Positions 10,201-18,263 are shown, numbered from the stretch's first letter. The stretch is DNA of 57,984 nt from Candidatus Jorgensenbacteria bacterium RIFCSPLOWO2_01_FULL_45_25b (GCA_001781035.1 MFKK01000037.1:1-57984); one strand, 5' to 3'. Numbers and translations: made by a program. The notes: a model not told the origin generated them from the sequence alone.

Positions 10201-10326
10201 GCACTTTTGCAGTGTTTAGAAAACAATCGGGAAAAGCTCGCGGCAGCAAAAGTGAGGCTTGAAGAATACGAGCGAGAGGAAAAGCCGATACCTGGCTCCC
10301 CAATTCTTCCAGAATACGAAGGATAA
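7231..10326 (+). CDS. Caspase-like (C14) protease fused to a Ski2/Hel308-like SF2 helicase
   Basis: FSGHG and ILDCCFSG His/Cys dyad; APTSAGKT, PLKAL, TYEK, DEVQ, LSA, TTTLAMGVN, AGRAGR; winged-helix PTPLGR. Confidence 0.9.
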   Translation: MPKLHGVFIGIDRYASPAINWLSCARRDATALHALFADNLPGDLKLLTDKDATRSTLEKELKSLSQCAPDDIVVFAFSGHGTETHELVTYDTDRAKLSATTISLNQLGEHFSKIPARRLICILDCCFSGGMGAKALQVDVVPRDIPSGEELLKQLSGDGRVILTASLATEKAWEHQKLGHGLLTHYLLEALQGAEEVRKSGKVGLYKLLDYVTTKVIDSAKIFGEEQHPVLLGQIKEEITLPIFKPGKLYKEAFPERDTRKVTPDVQSLSAFGFPDDLLKAWAGSSITTLNQLQVDAINEFKVLDGEHLVVSAPTSAGKTLIGELAALQGVIERKRALFLLPLKALVNDKLRHFEETYGAFGLRTIRATGESTSDDILPLMRGQYDICLMTYEKFSAMILGSPHILDQVSTIVVDEVQMIADKSRGVNLEFILTLLRMRRKQGIEPQVIALSAVIGDTNGFERWLGARLLRRTERPVPLDEGIVRLDGTFRYIESDTGKEKTVQSAQTQFRKGSGQDVIIPLVGKLVKDGKSVIVFRETKSEAQACALYLARNLGLPPAQVAVDNLPNTDPSISSQKLRETLNGGVAFHISDLDAEERRLIEEQFRASSSALKVIAATTTLAMGVNTPTEAVIIAGLSHPGDVPYSVAEYKNIAGRAGRLGYTTRGSSFLVALTPSEEHTLWTNYIQANPEDLHSKFFADNTDPRSLVIRVLVAVRSRRGLTADEIVEFLEESFGSFQEKIKNPAWAWDKNQITAAIEELRTHRLIEQDKDGFYHPTPLGRLAGESGLEVESVLRVVSALQGIQQADISDPALIALTQVTVELDQVLFPLNKRSTQKEPQTWMTEVRNQRIPGNIINAFHRSIQDQTDATRRAKKAVACLLWITDKPLVEIENVLMQFDRADTAAGAIRSVSARVCDVLSTVARIAELLNPGFDLAARVERLLVRLEIGIPAGVVELGSIFGRVFNRGDYLCLMKNGITTKEAFEAAKEDALLQCLENNREKLAAAKVRLEEYEREEKPIPGSPILPEYEG

Positions 10327-10388
10327 AAAGGTTCCCAGGCAAAAAGCATCAACTTGAAGGCCACGAAGAGTTCAAACCATAACATTTT

Positions 10389-10898
10389 ATGGATGTAACT
10401 TATATAAAACATAGACTTGATTTATATGTCGGCTCCATTCAATACGGTGTAGGTAATTGCAAAAACGCATACGCATACCTCAAACAAAAGAATGATGAGC
10501 TGAATGAAGCGTGGCGCAATGGTACGACGCACAGTCTCAACGAATTGGGGCATCTCGATAAGGTTTTCAAAGATTACCTGATTTTGAAAATTGCGGGTCT
10601 CTTTGACAAACGTGGCGATACGCTATCGCTTTTTAGTTTGCAGAAGTTTCTCCAAAACAATCTGCCCGATAGTGAGGGCTTATTTGCACCTGGCTTTGTG
10701 GAGATTCAAAATAAGTACCAGGACACAATCAAGAAAGTCGTGAAAGTACGACATAAAGCTGTTGCACACACGAGCGATGATTTCCCCGACAACATTCTTT
10801 ACACGCAGGACTTATTGGCAATGCCGATAATGGAGTTTCTGAAAGACGTTGAAAACCTTGCTGCGCAGGTTGGCACAATCACATTTCCAGTGAGGTAG
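10389..10898 (+). CDS. HEPN-like (AbiU2-like) putative RNase
   Basis: All-helical; LFD..SL motif and RHKAVAH (Rx4-6H). Confidence 0.65.
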   Translation: MDVTYIKHRLDLYVGSIQYGVGNCKNAYAYLKQKNDELNEAWRNGTTHSLNELGHLDKVFKDYLILKIAGLFDKRGDTLSLFSLQKFLQNNLPDSEGLFAPGFVEIQNKYQDTIKKVVKVRHKAVAHTSDDFPDNILYTQDLLAMPIMEFLKDVENLAAQVGTITFPVR

Positions 10899-11326
10899 AG
10901 GATTTTGCCCCAAAATCTCTCCATCTGGAGACGGCTACCCCAGCGCCCGCGCAAAGTTGAAAATCAAAACACCCCCCATCTATTTTGGGTTTTTAAGAAA
11001 AACGGGCACAAGAAAGACGGGGGTACACCCCGTCGGGACAGTCGCAGCGGTGATACTGTTTGAAATCGGCGATGCTGTTATACAGAAGCATACAGGGTTA
11101 AATACTGATAAGTACCATATTGAAAAACAGGGGGCTGCCAAAACAAGCCAATGTTATGTCAAAAGTTGCAAGGATGCTATTGATTGGTAGGTACGTAATG
11201 AAGCTGTACGGAATAGACCAGGAAATACTATACTACCCGTGCTGACTCCAACGAGAGTTTTGGGATGAAAAACCAGTTAGACGGGTTCTGCCAATAGGTA
11301 CGAACATCGTCCACTACCCCCCGCCA

Positions 11327-12313
11327 ATGCATATTATATTTCCTAAAAAATTACAGAAGGGTGATGAGGCGCGCGTTATCGCGCCCTCACGTTCGCTCGG
11401 TATTGTTTCCGAGGAGGTACGAAGTGTCGCGAACCGGAGATTTGCCGAACTTGGTTTGAAGATAAGTTTTGGCAGGCACGCGGAAGAAAAGGATGATTTT
11501 TTTTCTTCCAGCATTCAGTCGCGGGTGGAGGATTTGCACGAGGCCTTCCTTGACGCGAATGTCGTGGCAATTTTTACGGCCATCGGCGGTTTTAATTGCA
11601 ATCAGTTGTTTCAATATTTTGATTGGAATCTGATACAAAATAATCCGAAGATATTGTGCGGTTACTCTGACATCACGGCTTTGAGTAACGCGATGTTCAC
11701 AAAAACCGGACTTGTTTCATATTCGGGTCCGCATTATTCCACTTTTGGTCAGGAGCTCTATTTTGACTATACGTTGGACTACGCGAAGCGATGTTTGTTT
11801 TCTAATAATAGATTTCAAATTCATCCAAGCATGGAATGGAGCGATGATTTGTGGTATAAAAATCAAAAGACGCGCGACCTTATTCCAAACCGTGGATTCC
11901 TTGTGATAAATGAGGGGAGAGCTTCGGGCAGAATTCTTGGGGGCAACCTTGGTACGTTTAACTTATTGCAGGGCACGGAATATTTTCCTAATCTTAGGGA
12001 TTCTATTTTGTTTCTTGAAGATGACCTTGAGTCATTGCCTCACACTTTTGACCGTGATTTACAGTCGCTTATTCATGTACCCGGATTTGCCGGAGTCCGA
12101 GGGATTGTGATTGGTAGATTTCAGAAGGCGAGCAATATGCCTGATGAGTTATTGATTAAAATTATCAAAACAAAAAAAGAATTGGATAGGTTACCGATTC
12201 TTGCGAACGTTGATTTCGGACACACCGACCCTAAATTCACCTTTCCCATAGGCGGGGAAGCGAATATGGAAATTCTGAACGGGAAAGCGAAACTGGAAAT
12301 AGTAAAACATTGA
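11327..12313 (+). CDS. S66 family LD-carboxypeptidase / MccF-like peptidase
   Basis: IAPS, IGG, GYSDIT, GGNL, LFLED, FGHTDP. Confidence 0.9.
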   Translation: MHIIFPKKLQKGDEARVIAPSRSLGIVSEEVRSVANRRFAELGLKISFGRHAEEKDDFFSSSIQSRVEDLHEAFLDANVVAIFTAIGGFNCNQLFQYFDWNLIQNNPKILCGYSDITALSNAMFTKTGLVSYSGPHYSTFGQELYFDYTLDYAKRCLFSNNRFQIHPSMEWSDDLWYKNQKTRDLIPNRGFLVINEGRASGRILGGNLGTFNLLQGTEYFPNLRDSILFLEDDLESLPHTFDRDLQSLIHVPGFAGVRGIVIGRFQKASNMPDELLIKIIKTKKELDRLPILANVDFGHTDPKFTFPIGGEANMEILNGKAKLEIVKH

Positions 12314-12363
12314 AGTTTTTGTTTTTTTGAGTTTGTTGCTGGAGTTGGTAAACTAGAAATGTG

Positions 12364-13056
12364 ATGATAGCAAAAAAAAGATTGAAGGTTGGTGTTATCA
12401 GGTTTCCGGGTTCAAATTGTGATTTTGACACGCTTCATTTTTTTAAAAAGTTCGGACATAAGGCGGAATTTATTTGGTATAAGGACGTAAGCATTCCGCG
12501 TTATGATTTACTTGTTCTTCCCGGCGGGTTCGCGTTTGGGGATCGTGTATACGCCAAAGCAACGGGGCATTATGATATAGATCCGGGTGTTCTCGCGATT
12601 TCTTCGCCGGTACTTAAGGCCATTAAACGGGTGGTTCGTTTGGGCGTGCCGATTTTGGGTATTTGCAACGGTTTTCAGATTCTCGTAAAAGCAGGGCTCT
12701 TGCCCGGTAAGCTGGTTCAAAACGATTCAAAAAAGTTTTTTTGCGACTATGTTCGCTGTGCAGTTCAGGGCGCGTCTTTTTTTGGCGACCCTTCCATGCT
12801 TGGGAAAACATTTATTATTCCGGTCGCGCACGGGTATGGCAGATATATAGCGTCAGCACGTTTGTTGAATAGATTGCAGAAAAACAAGCAGATTTTTTTA
12901 AGATATTCAACATTTAATCCGAACGGGTCCGCGCTGAATATCGCGGGAGTTTGCAACGAGCAAAAAACTATTTTTGGCATGATGCCCCATCCGGAGCGGT
13001 CGCTTGATGGGAAGTATTTTATGCGCGCAATAGAAACATATGTCGCGGGAAACTGA
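12364..13056 (+). CDS. purQ: FGAM synthase glutaminase subunit
   Basis: FPGSNCD, LPGGF, GICNGFQIL, PVAHG, NPNGS, MMPHPER. Confidence 0.95.
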   Translation: MIAKKRLKVGVIRFPGSNCDFDTLHFFKKFGHKAEFIWYKDVSIPRYDLLVLPGGFAFGDRVYAKATGHYDIDPGVLAISSPVLKAIKRVVRLGVPILGICNGFQILVKAGLLPGKLVQNDSKKFFCDYVRCAVQGASFFGDPSMLGKTFIIPVAHGYGRYIASARLLNRLQKNKQIFLRYSTFNPNGSALNIAGVCNEQKTIFGMMPHPERSLDGKYFMRAIETYVAGN

Positions 13057-14584
13057 TATACCAAAGATTCTTGCCGAGGCGATGGCGAGCGAGCATACAA
13101 GCTACAAGAGCACGAAGAAGTTTTTGTCGCGTCTCCATACCAAGGGCAAGTATGTGATACAAGGGCCCGGCGAGAACGCGGGAATTGTTGATTTGGGAGG
13201 AGGATGGGCGCTCGCGATGCGCGTGGAGAGCCATAACCATCCGTCGTTTATAAAGCCATATCACGGGGCCGCGACAGGAGTCGGCGGAATCTTGCGGGAT
13301 ATTTTTACCATGGGCGCGCGCCCGATCGCGCTTTTGGATATTCTTCGTTTTGGAACTGATAGGAATGCTCGTCGTCTTTTGCGCGAGGTTGTTCGCGGTA
13401 TTTCCGATTATGGTAATTGTGTTGGGGTGCCTGTTGTCGGCGGAGATTTGTATGTTGACAGCACATACAATCATAATTGTCTTGTGAATGTCGCGGCGTT
13501 CGGTTTGGTTCGGAAAGATAAGATTATTTATGGCAATGCCCTTACTCCCGGAAATGATTTAATTTATGTCGGCGCGCGGACGGGGAGAGACGGGGTGGGC
13601 GGCGCGCAGATGGCGTCCGCGAATCTTGACGCGCAGGATGAGGCTACTATTCAAGATGCCGACCCGTTTCTTGAGAAGTTACTTTTGGAGGCGTGTTTAG
13701 AGCTTGCCGATACGCCGTGGATTGAAGGAATGCAGGATATGGGCGCGGCTGGACTTTTGTGTTCCACGTCCGAAGTCGTGCTCCGCGGACGCAAGAAAAC
13801 GAAAAAGAATCTTGGCGCGAGAGTGTATCTTAATCGTGTTCCGACTAAGGCGCGAAATATGTCGCCGGTTGAGATGTTGCTTTCAGAGTCACAGGAGCGA
13901 ATGTTAATTGTTGGACATTGCAGACATCGCGAAAAAATTCTTAAGGTGTTTAAGAAGTGGGATTTAGAGGCATGCGTGGTTGGCGCGGTAACGAATGACG
14001 GGAAGTATACGATTGTGTATGACACTCCGCGCAAAAAGAATATTATTTTGCCAATGGAGTTTTCAGATATTTTTCCTGATGTACGAGAGGATTGGGATTT
14101 GACGAGTTGGAAAGCACAAGGTACGAAACACGAAAAAGCCGCGAGTCGGATTACACAAGAGATTTGGCATCAGTATGATTGGATGGTTGGTATTCGGACG
14201 CTTAAGGGTCCGAATAAGTCGGGGCGTTACGCCGTGCTTGATGTGCCGGAAATTGGAAAGGAAATTGTTATCGCGTGGAGCTCGGATGAGGGATTGTCGG
14301 ACAGCGATCCGGCGCGCGGGATTCAACACGCGTTTGATGTTTGCTTGCGTCGTTTGCGTTCTCTTCGCGCGATGCCTCTTGGAATTACGAATTGCCTTAA
14401 TTTCGGGCACCCAAAAGATTCAATGGGCGCGTTTGCAGAAACGATAGATGCTCTTACGAAACGCTGTAAAGAGAAAAATATTCCGGTTGTGGGCGGAAAT
14501 GTGAGTTTGTATAACGCGCACAGAGCGTACTCAATCAAACCAACCCCTGTGCTTATTATGGCGGGGGTGAGGAGACGAGTGTAA
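13040..14584 (+). CDS. purL: FGAM synthase synthetase subunit (compact)
   Basis: SEHTSYKS, GPGENAG, ESHNHPS, YGNCVGVP, TGRDG, QDMGAAG, SESQERM, NCLNFG, GGNVSLYN. Confidence 0.92.
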   Translation: MSRETDIPKILAEAMASEHTSYKSTKKFLSRLHTKGKYVIQGPGENAGIVDLGGGWALAMRVESHNHPSFIKPYHGAATGVGGILRDIFTMGARPIALLDILRFGTDRNARRLLREVVRGISDYGNCVGVPVVGGDLYVDSTYNHNCLVNVAAFGLVRKDKIIYGNALTPGNDLIYVGARTGRDGVGGAQMASANLDAQDEATIQDADPFLEKLLLEACLELADTPWIEGMQDMGAAGLLCSTSEVVLRGRKKTKKNLGARVYLNRVPTKARNMSPVEMLLSESQERMLIVGHCRHREKILKVFKKWDLEACVVGAVTNDGKYTIVYDTPRKKNIILPMEFSDIFPDVREDWDLTSWKAQGTKHEKAASRITQEIWHQYDWMVGIRTLKGPNKSGRYAVLDVPEIGKEIVIAWSSDEGLSDSDPARGIQHAFDVCLRRLRSLRAMPLGITNCLNFGHPKDSMGAFAETIDALTKRCKEKNIPVVGGNVSLYNAHRAYSIKPTPVLIMAGVRRRV

Positions 14585-14632
14585 ACGATTGGATGATTTG
14601 TTTATTGTTGTTATGTGTGGTATTGTATTGAT

Positions 14633-14860
14633 ATGTCGCAGATGAAAAGGCAATTTACCGCCTTGTATAAAAAGCAGGGCAAGTGGTATGTTGGTTGGAT
14701 TGAAGAAATTCCTGGAGTAAACACTCAAGGACGAACGCTTCAAGAAGCGAAGTTGAATTTAAAAGAGGCTTTGAATTTGGTTTTGGAAACGAACAAGCTT
14801 TTGTCCGGCGGAAGTGAGGACAGAGAAGTGATCCGAGAGTCGCTTATGGTTGCTTTGTAG
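14633..14860 (+). CDS. hicB: HicB-family antitoxin
   Basis: WYVGWIEEIPGVNTQGRTLQEAKLNLKEAL. Confidence 0.88.
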   Translation: MSQMKRQFTALYKKQGKWYVGWIEEIPGVNTQGRTLQEAKLNLKEALNLVLETNKLLSGGSEDREVIRESLMVAL

Positions 14861-14873
14861 AGATTATTAACTT

Positions 14874-15068
14874 ATGAAGCGAATAGATTTGGTGAAACAT
14901 CTTTTTAATGAAGAGTGTGTTTTATTTAGAGAGGGCGGTAAGCATAGTGTTTTCTTTAATCCTAAAACAAAGAATGTTTCTACGGTGCCTCGTCATAAGG
15001 AAATAAATAGTTTTCTTGCGGAGAAGATTTGTAAGGATTTAGGGATAAGGGAGTTGAAAAAGAAATAA
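14874..15068 (+). CDS. hicA: HicA-family toxin
   Basis: REGGKHS...STVPRHKEI...KICKDLG. Confidence 0.88.
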   Translation: MKRIDLVKHLFNEECVLFREGGKHSVFFNPKTKNVSTVPRHKEINSFLAEKICKDLGIRELKKK

Positions 15069-15200
15069 CACAAGAAACCTTTCTATATCTATTGCAAAAA
15101 AATTGCGGATGGGCTACAATAGGGGGATTGTAAATAAGACGCAGGGACATTAGGTCGAGTTTCTCTGTAGAAGCAAAAAAAAGACAATAAAGACAATCAC

Positions 15201-15398
15201 ATGAACGGAACTATCAAAACTCTTACGGATAGGGGATTCGGGTTTATTGCTCGCGAAGGCGAGACAAAAGACCTCTTTTTTCACTCCAAAGAATTGAATG
15301 GTGTCGCGTTTGATGAATTGAAGGTTGGCGATAAGGTCACCTTTGATGTCGTCAACAGCGAGAAGGGCCCGGCGGCGACGAATGTTTCGCGCGCGTAG
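15201..15398 (+). CDS. Cold-shock protein
   Basis: RGFGFI (RNP1), DLFFH (RNP2), KGPAATNV. Confidence 0.95.
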   Translation: MNGTIKTLTDRGFGFIAREGETKDLFFHSKELNGVAFDELKVGDKVTFDVVNSEKGPAATNVSRA

Positions 15399-15415
15399 GC
15401 TTCACTAAAAAGAAT

Positions 15416-15445
15416 CGCTCCCGCTTTTGCGGGGGCGTTTTTTTT
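15416..15445 (+). terminator. Intrinsic terminator after the csp gene
   Basis: CGCTCCCGC-TTTT-GCGGGGGCG followed by a T run. Confidence 0.8.
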
Positions 15446-15518
15446 GTTTCTGTGGCGTGAGAGTTTGTTGTATAGTTATTGTGGATTCCGTACTTGATAT
15501 GGAATGACAAGTTTTTTT

Positions 15519-15563
15519 AATATTGGGGATGTCCGACATCCGGCGGGATGACGGACATCCTAA
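15519..15563. repeat. 45-bp palindromic repeat family B, copy 1 (GGATGTCCGACAT...ATGACGGACATCC)
   Basis: 43/45 identical to 16781-16825. Confidence 0.9.
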
Positions 15564-15567
15564 GTTT

Positions 15568-16137
15568 ATGCAAAGAAAAATTAATATTCATGGAAGGGAG
15601 ATTTCTTATGTTCTTCAGACAAGCAAGCGGGCGCGGGCGACGCGCCTTACGTTGTATTCTGACGGGAGGTTTGTGGTTACCGTTCCACAAAGGATGCGAG
15701 ATGGTTTTGTTGAGGAGTTTCTTCTTCGGAAGGCGCGATGGATATTTAAGAAGCTGGAATATATTAAGAGATTTTCGGATAAAACTTTTTTAGGAGGTGG
15801 TAGGAGAGAATTTTTGAAACACAAAGATAGGGCGCTTGCGTTTGCGGAGGAGAGAGCGCGGTATTTTAACGCGAGATATAGTTTTGAGTACAAGAGAATT
15901 ACCATTCGGAATCAGAAGACGCGTTGGGGGAGCTGTTCAAAGAAGGGAGGGTTAAGTTTTAATTATAGAATCGCGCTGTTACCGCAAAGATGCGCCGATT
16001 ATATTATTGTTCACGAGCTTTGCCATTTGAGAGAATTTAATCATTCACGAAAGTTTTGGGAGCTTGTCGCCCTTTCATTTCCCGATTATTTGGAAATTCG
16101 GAAAGATATAAAGAAGCTGTGTATATCAGGTTTTTGA
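15568..16137 (+). CDS. YgjP/DUF45 (M48/SprT-like) metal-dependent hydrolase
   Basis: QKTRWGSCS, YIIVHELCHL, NHSRKFW. Confidence 0.88.
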   Translation: MQRKINIHGREISYVLQTSKRARATRLTLYSDGRFVVTVPQRMRDGFVEEFLLRKARWIFKKLEYIKRFSDKTFLGGGRREFLKHKDRALAFAEERARYFNARYSFEYKRITIRNQKTRWGSCSKKGGLSFNYRIALLPQRCADYIIVHELCHLREFNHSRKFWELVALSFPDYLEIRKDIKKLCISGF

Positions 16138-16209
16138 CGAAAGATGTTTTTTAGATTAAAAAGAAGATAGAATCGTTCTTCGTGTACCTTATTAACCAGG
16201 AGGAGACTC

Positions 16210-16542
16210 TTGGATAGCTTGGAAAAGCTCTCGTCGCTTCAGTTGAAGCAGATGCGGCATGCTTCTACGCGTGTCGCGAAACGGTACGGTTTACGGCTTC
16301 CGCCGGAAGACTACTTTCTTCTCCTGTCGCTCATTCACGAGGGGCAGGCGGAGTTTGTTTGTCGGACGAAGAGAGGCGGGGTTCTCTACCGCCTTTCTTT
16401 TCGGAAGCACGTTCTTCATGCGTGTTACGATCCGAAAACACGCATGATAGCGACGTTTTTTTCTCCCTTCAGAAAGGAGAGGTGTGTTCGTTTTTCTGGT
16501 GGGAGACGCGCTCGTTATTACGTGTCTCCTCGTTGTGTGTAG
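16210..16542 (+). CDS. Hypothetical basic protein
   Basis: AGGAG RBS before TTG; HA..R..KRY and YD....IATF pattern. Confidence 0.5.
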   Translation: MDSLEKLSSLQLKQMRHASTRVAKRYGLRLPPEDYFLLLSLIHEGQAEFVCRTKRGGVLYRLSFRKHVLHACYDPKTRMIATFFSPFRKERCVRFSGGRRARYYVSPRCV

Positions 16543-16780
16543 CGTGTGCGGTTTCTCGTTGCCTCGGGTTTTTATCCCGAGGCATACTTTTTGAAATTAA
16601 AGTAAAAATGTTACCCTTCAAACCCCGTAAAGGACGGAAAGTCGCTTTCAGCGACCTCGTCCTACGGGGCAGGCTTCGCATGGGGAATAATATTTTATAT
16701 ATAATTGAGAATGTTTTTGAGATAGAGTATAAATATATGGATTACATAACTAGTGATAAGTTTTGCTTGTGTGACGACTC

Positions 16781-16825
16781 AATATTGGGGATGTCCGACA
16801 TTCTGCGGGATGACGGACATCCTAA
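16781..16825. repeat. 45-bp palindromic repeat family B, copy 2
   Basis: Direct repeat of 15519-15563. Confidence 0.9.
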
Positions 16826-16879
16826 TGACTGATATTTTGGTGACGGAAGGAGGGTGTCTTGTAACTCATGTATTTTATG

Positions 16880-17215
16880 ATGAAAGAAATTATTTCATTT
16901 TCGGAGTTTCAGAAGCTGGATTTGCGGGTTGGGAAAATTTTAACGGCGGAACGAGTGGAGGGTTCGGAGAAGCTTCTTCGGCTGGAGGTTGATTTTGGAG
17001 AGGAGGTTGGTATTCGGCAGATACTCGCGGGTATTGGAAAGGCATACGTTCCCGACGAGCTTATTGGCAGAGAGATTGTTGTCGTTGTAAATCTTGAACC
17101 GCGCATGATGATGGGACTTCAGAGTCAGGGAATGCTTCTCGCCGTAGACGGAGGAGAGGGGCCTGTTTTGCTTTGTCCTCAAAGAGAGGTTTTTTCGGGT
17201 TCGCCCGTTCGGTAG
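16880..17215 (+). CDS. Stand-alone tRNA-binding OB-fold protein (MetRS C-terminal/CsaA/Trbp111-like)
   Basis: EFQKLDLRVGKI, SEKLL, RQILAGI, VVNLEPR.MMG..SQGMLL. Confidence 0.88.
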   Translation: MKEIISFSEFQKLDLRVGKILTAERVEGSEKLLRLEVDFGEEVGIRQILAGIGKAYVPDELIGREIVVVVNLEPRMMMGLQSQGMLLAVDGGEGPVLLCPQREVFSGSPVR

Positions 17216-17602
17216 ATTCCTAAAGAACCAGGAGGTCCCTCTCCCCGCTTAGCGGGGTTCGGGATGCTCGATTTCTTATCCTTCCTCGTCAAAGCGAGGT
17301 TGGAAGAAATCGGCAATTCCTTGATTTCTTCTTTTTCTGTTGGTATGATAAACGGCGTTTTAGGAGGCGATTTATTTGTGAGAACGTAGGGTGTTGTTTG
17401 CACGTTTCTGCAGACAATTCGCACGAAAACACGCTATCAATTTCCCCTGCGAGGAAATTGCGCTCGCTCTCGGTCTCGCTCTCCCTCGCTTCGCTTGGGA
17501 TCCATGCCCGCTCGGCCTGCGAGACGGTTTTCTTAGCAAATTGTCCGCAGAAACATAGATGTTTTATAAAGAATGTTCGCAAATGTAATAATTTATTTAG
17601 GT

Positions 17603-18142
17603 ATGTACGCGAAACAACAAACAATCATTACCGCGCTTATCGCCTTTTTACTTGGATTTATTATTGCCTGGATGATTTTTGGCAGGAGTCCGGTTGCGGA
17701 GGCGCCGATTGAGGAGAGCGAGGAGGCTGGCACTTCTTCGCTTCCCGCTATTTCAAAAAATGAAGTTTCAGAGGAGAAGGCTTCAGTTGATTCCGATGTT
17801 ATTTCAAAGCCAATTGTTTTTTCAAAGGAAGTTCCTGTGGTTCACGACCAGCCGGCTGGCGCTACTGTTCTTGTGAAAGAGGTTGTGTTTGGCAAGCCTT
17901 CATGGATTGTCGCGCGCGAGGAAAGGAAGGGAAGTATCGGCAATATTTTGGGAGCGCTTTGGCTTCCGTCGGGAACGCATCAGAATCGGGAGGTGGAGCT
18001 TCTTCGCGAAACTGTCGCGGGCGGGATGTATTATGTTTTTCTTCACGATGATGACGGAGACAAAAAGTTTAATTCTTCCATTGACCTTCCTATAACTGAT
18101 TCTCTCGGCAAGCCTATTTCTGTGCCATTTAGGGCTTTGTAG
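17603..18142 (+). CDS. Membrane-anchored hypothetical protein with a beta-rich C-terminal domain
   Basis: N-terminal TM, acidic linker, DQPAG..V.V..V, LHDDDGD..F. Confidence 0.7.
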   Translation: MYAKQQTIITALIAFLLGFIIAWMIFGRSPVAEAPIEESEEAGTSSLPAISKNEVSEEKASVDSDVISKPIVFSKEVPVVHDQPAGATVLVKEVVFGKPSWIVAREERKGSIGNILGALWLPSGTHQNREVELLRETVAGGMYYVFLHDDDGDKKFNSSIDLPITDSLGKPISVPFRAL

Positions 18143-18263
18143 GCATGCCTTCCCTTCGACTCGGCTTAGGGTAAACTGCTCGGACAATAACCGAATTTCG
18201 TAATTCACAGCGATGTGGGAGTATTCCGTTTTTTATTGTATAATTTTTTCATTCGGTTTTTTT

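Larger units (their letters stand above)
2493..11324. mobile_element. Integrative element (large serine recombinase type) in the tRNA-Ser 3' end
   Basis: Shared core CCGC at 2493-2496 and 11321-11324; displaced tRNA end (CCG)CCA at 11321-11326; recombinase reads into the tRNA; displaced recombinase tail at 11228-11323. Confidence 0.85.

Noticed and set aside
7231..10326. Housekeeping Hel308 repair helicase
   Set aside because: It is fused to a caspase domain and lies within an integrative element.
10957..11190. 77-aa ORF in the island right arm
   Set aside because: TTG start, no RBS or recognisable motif, and it overlaps hairpins.
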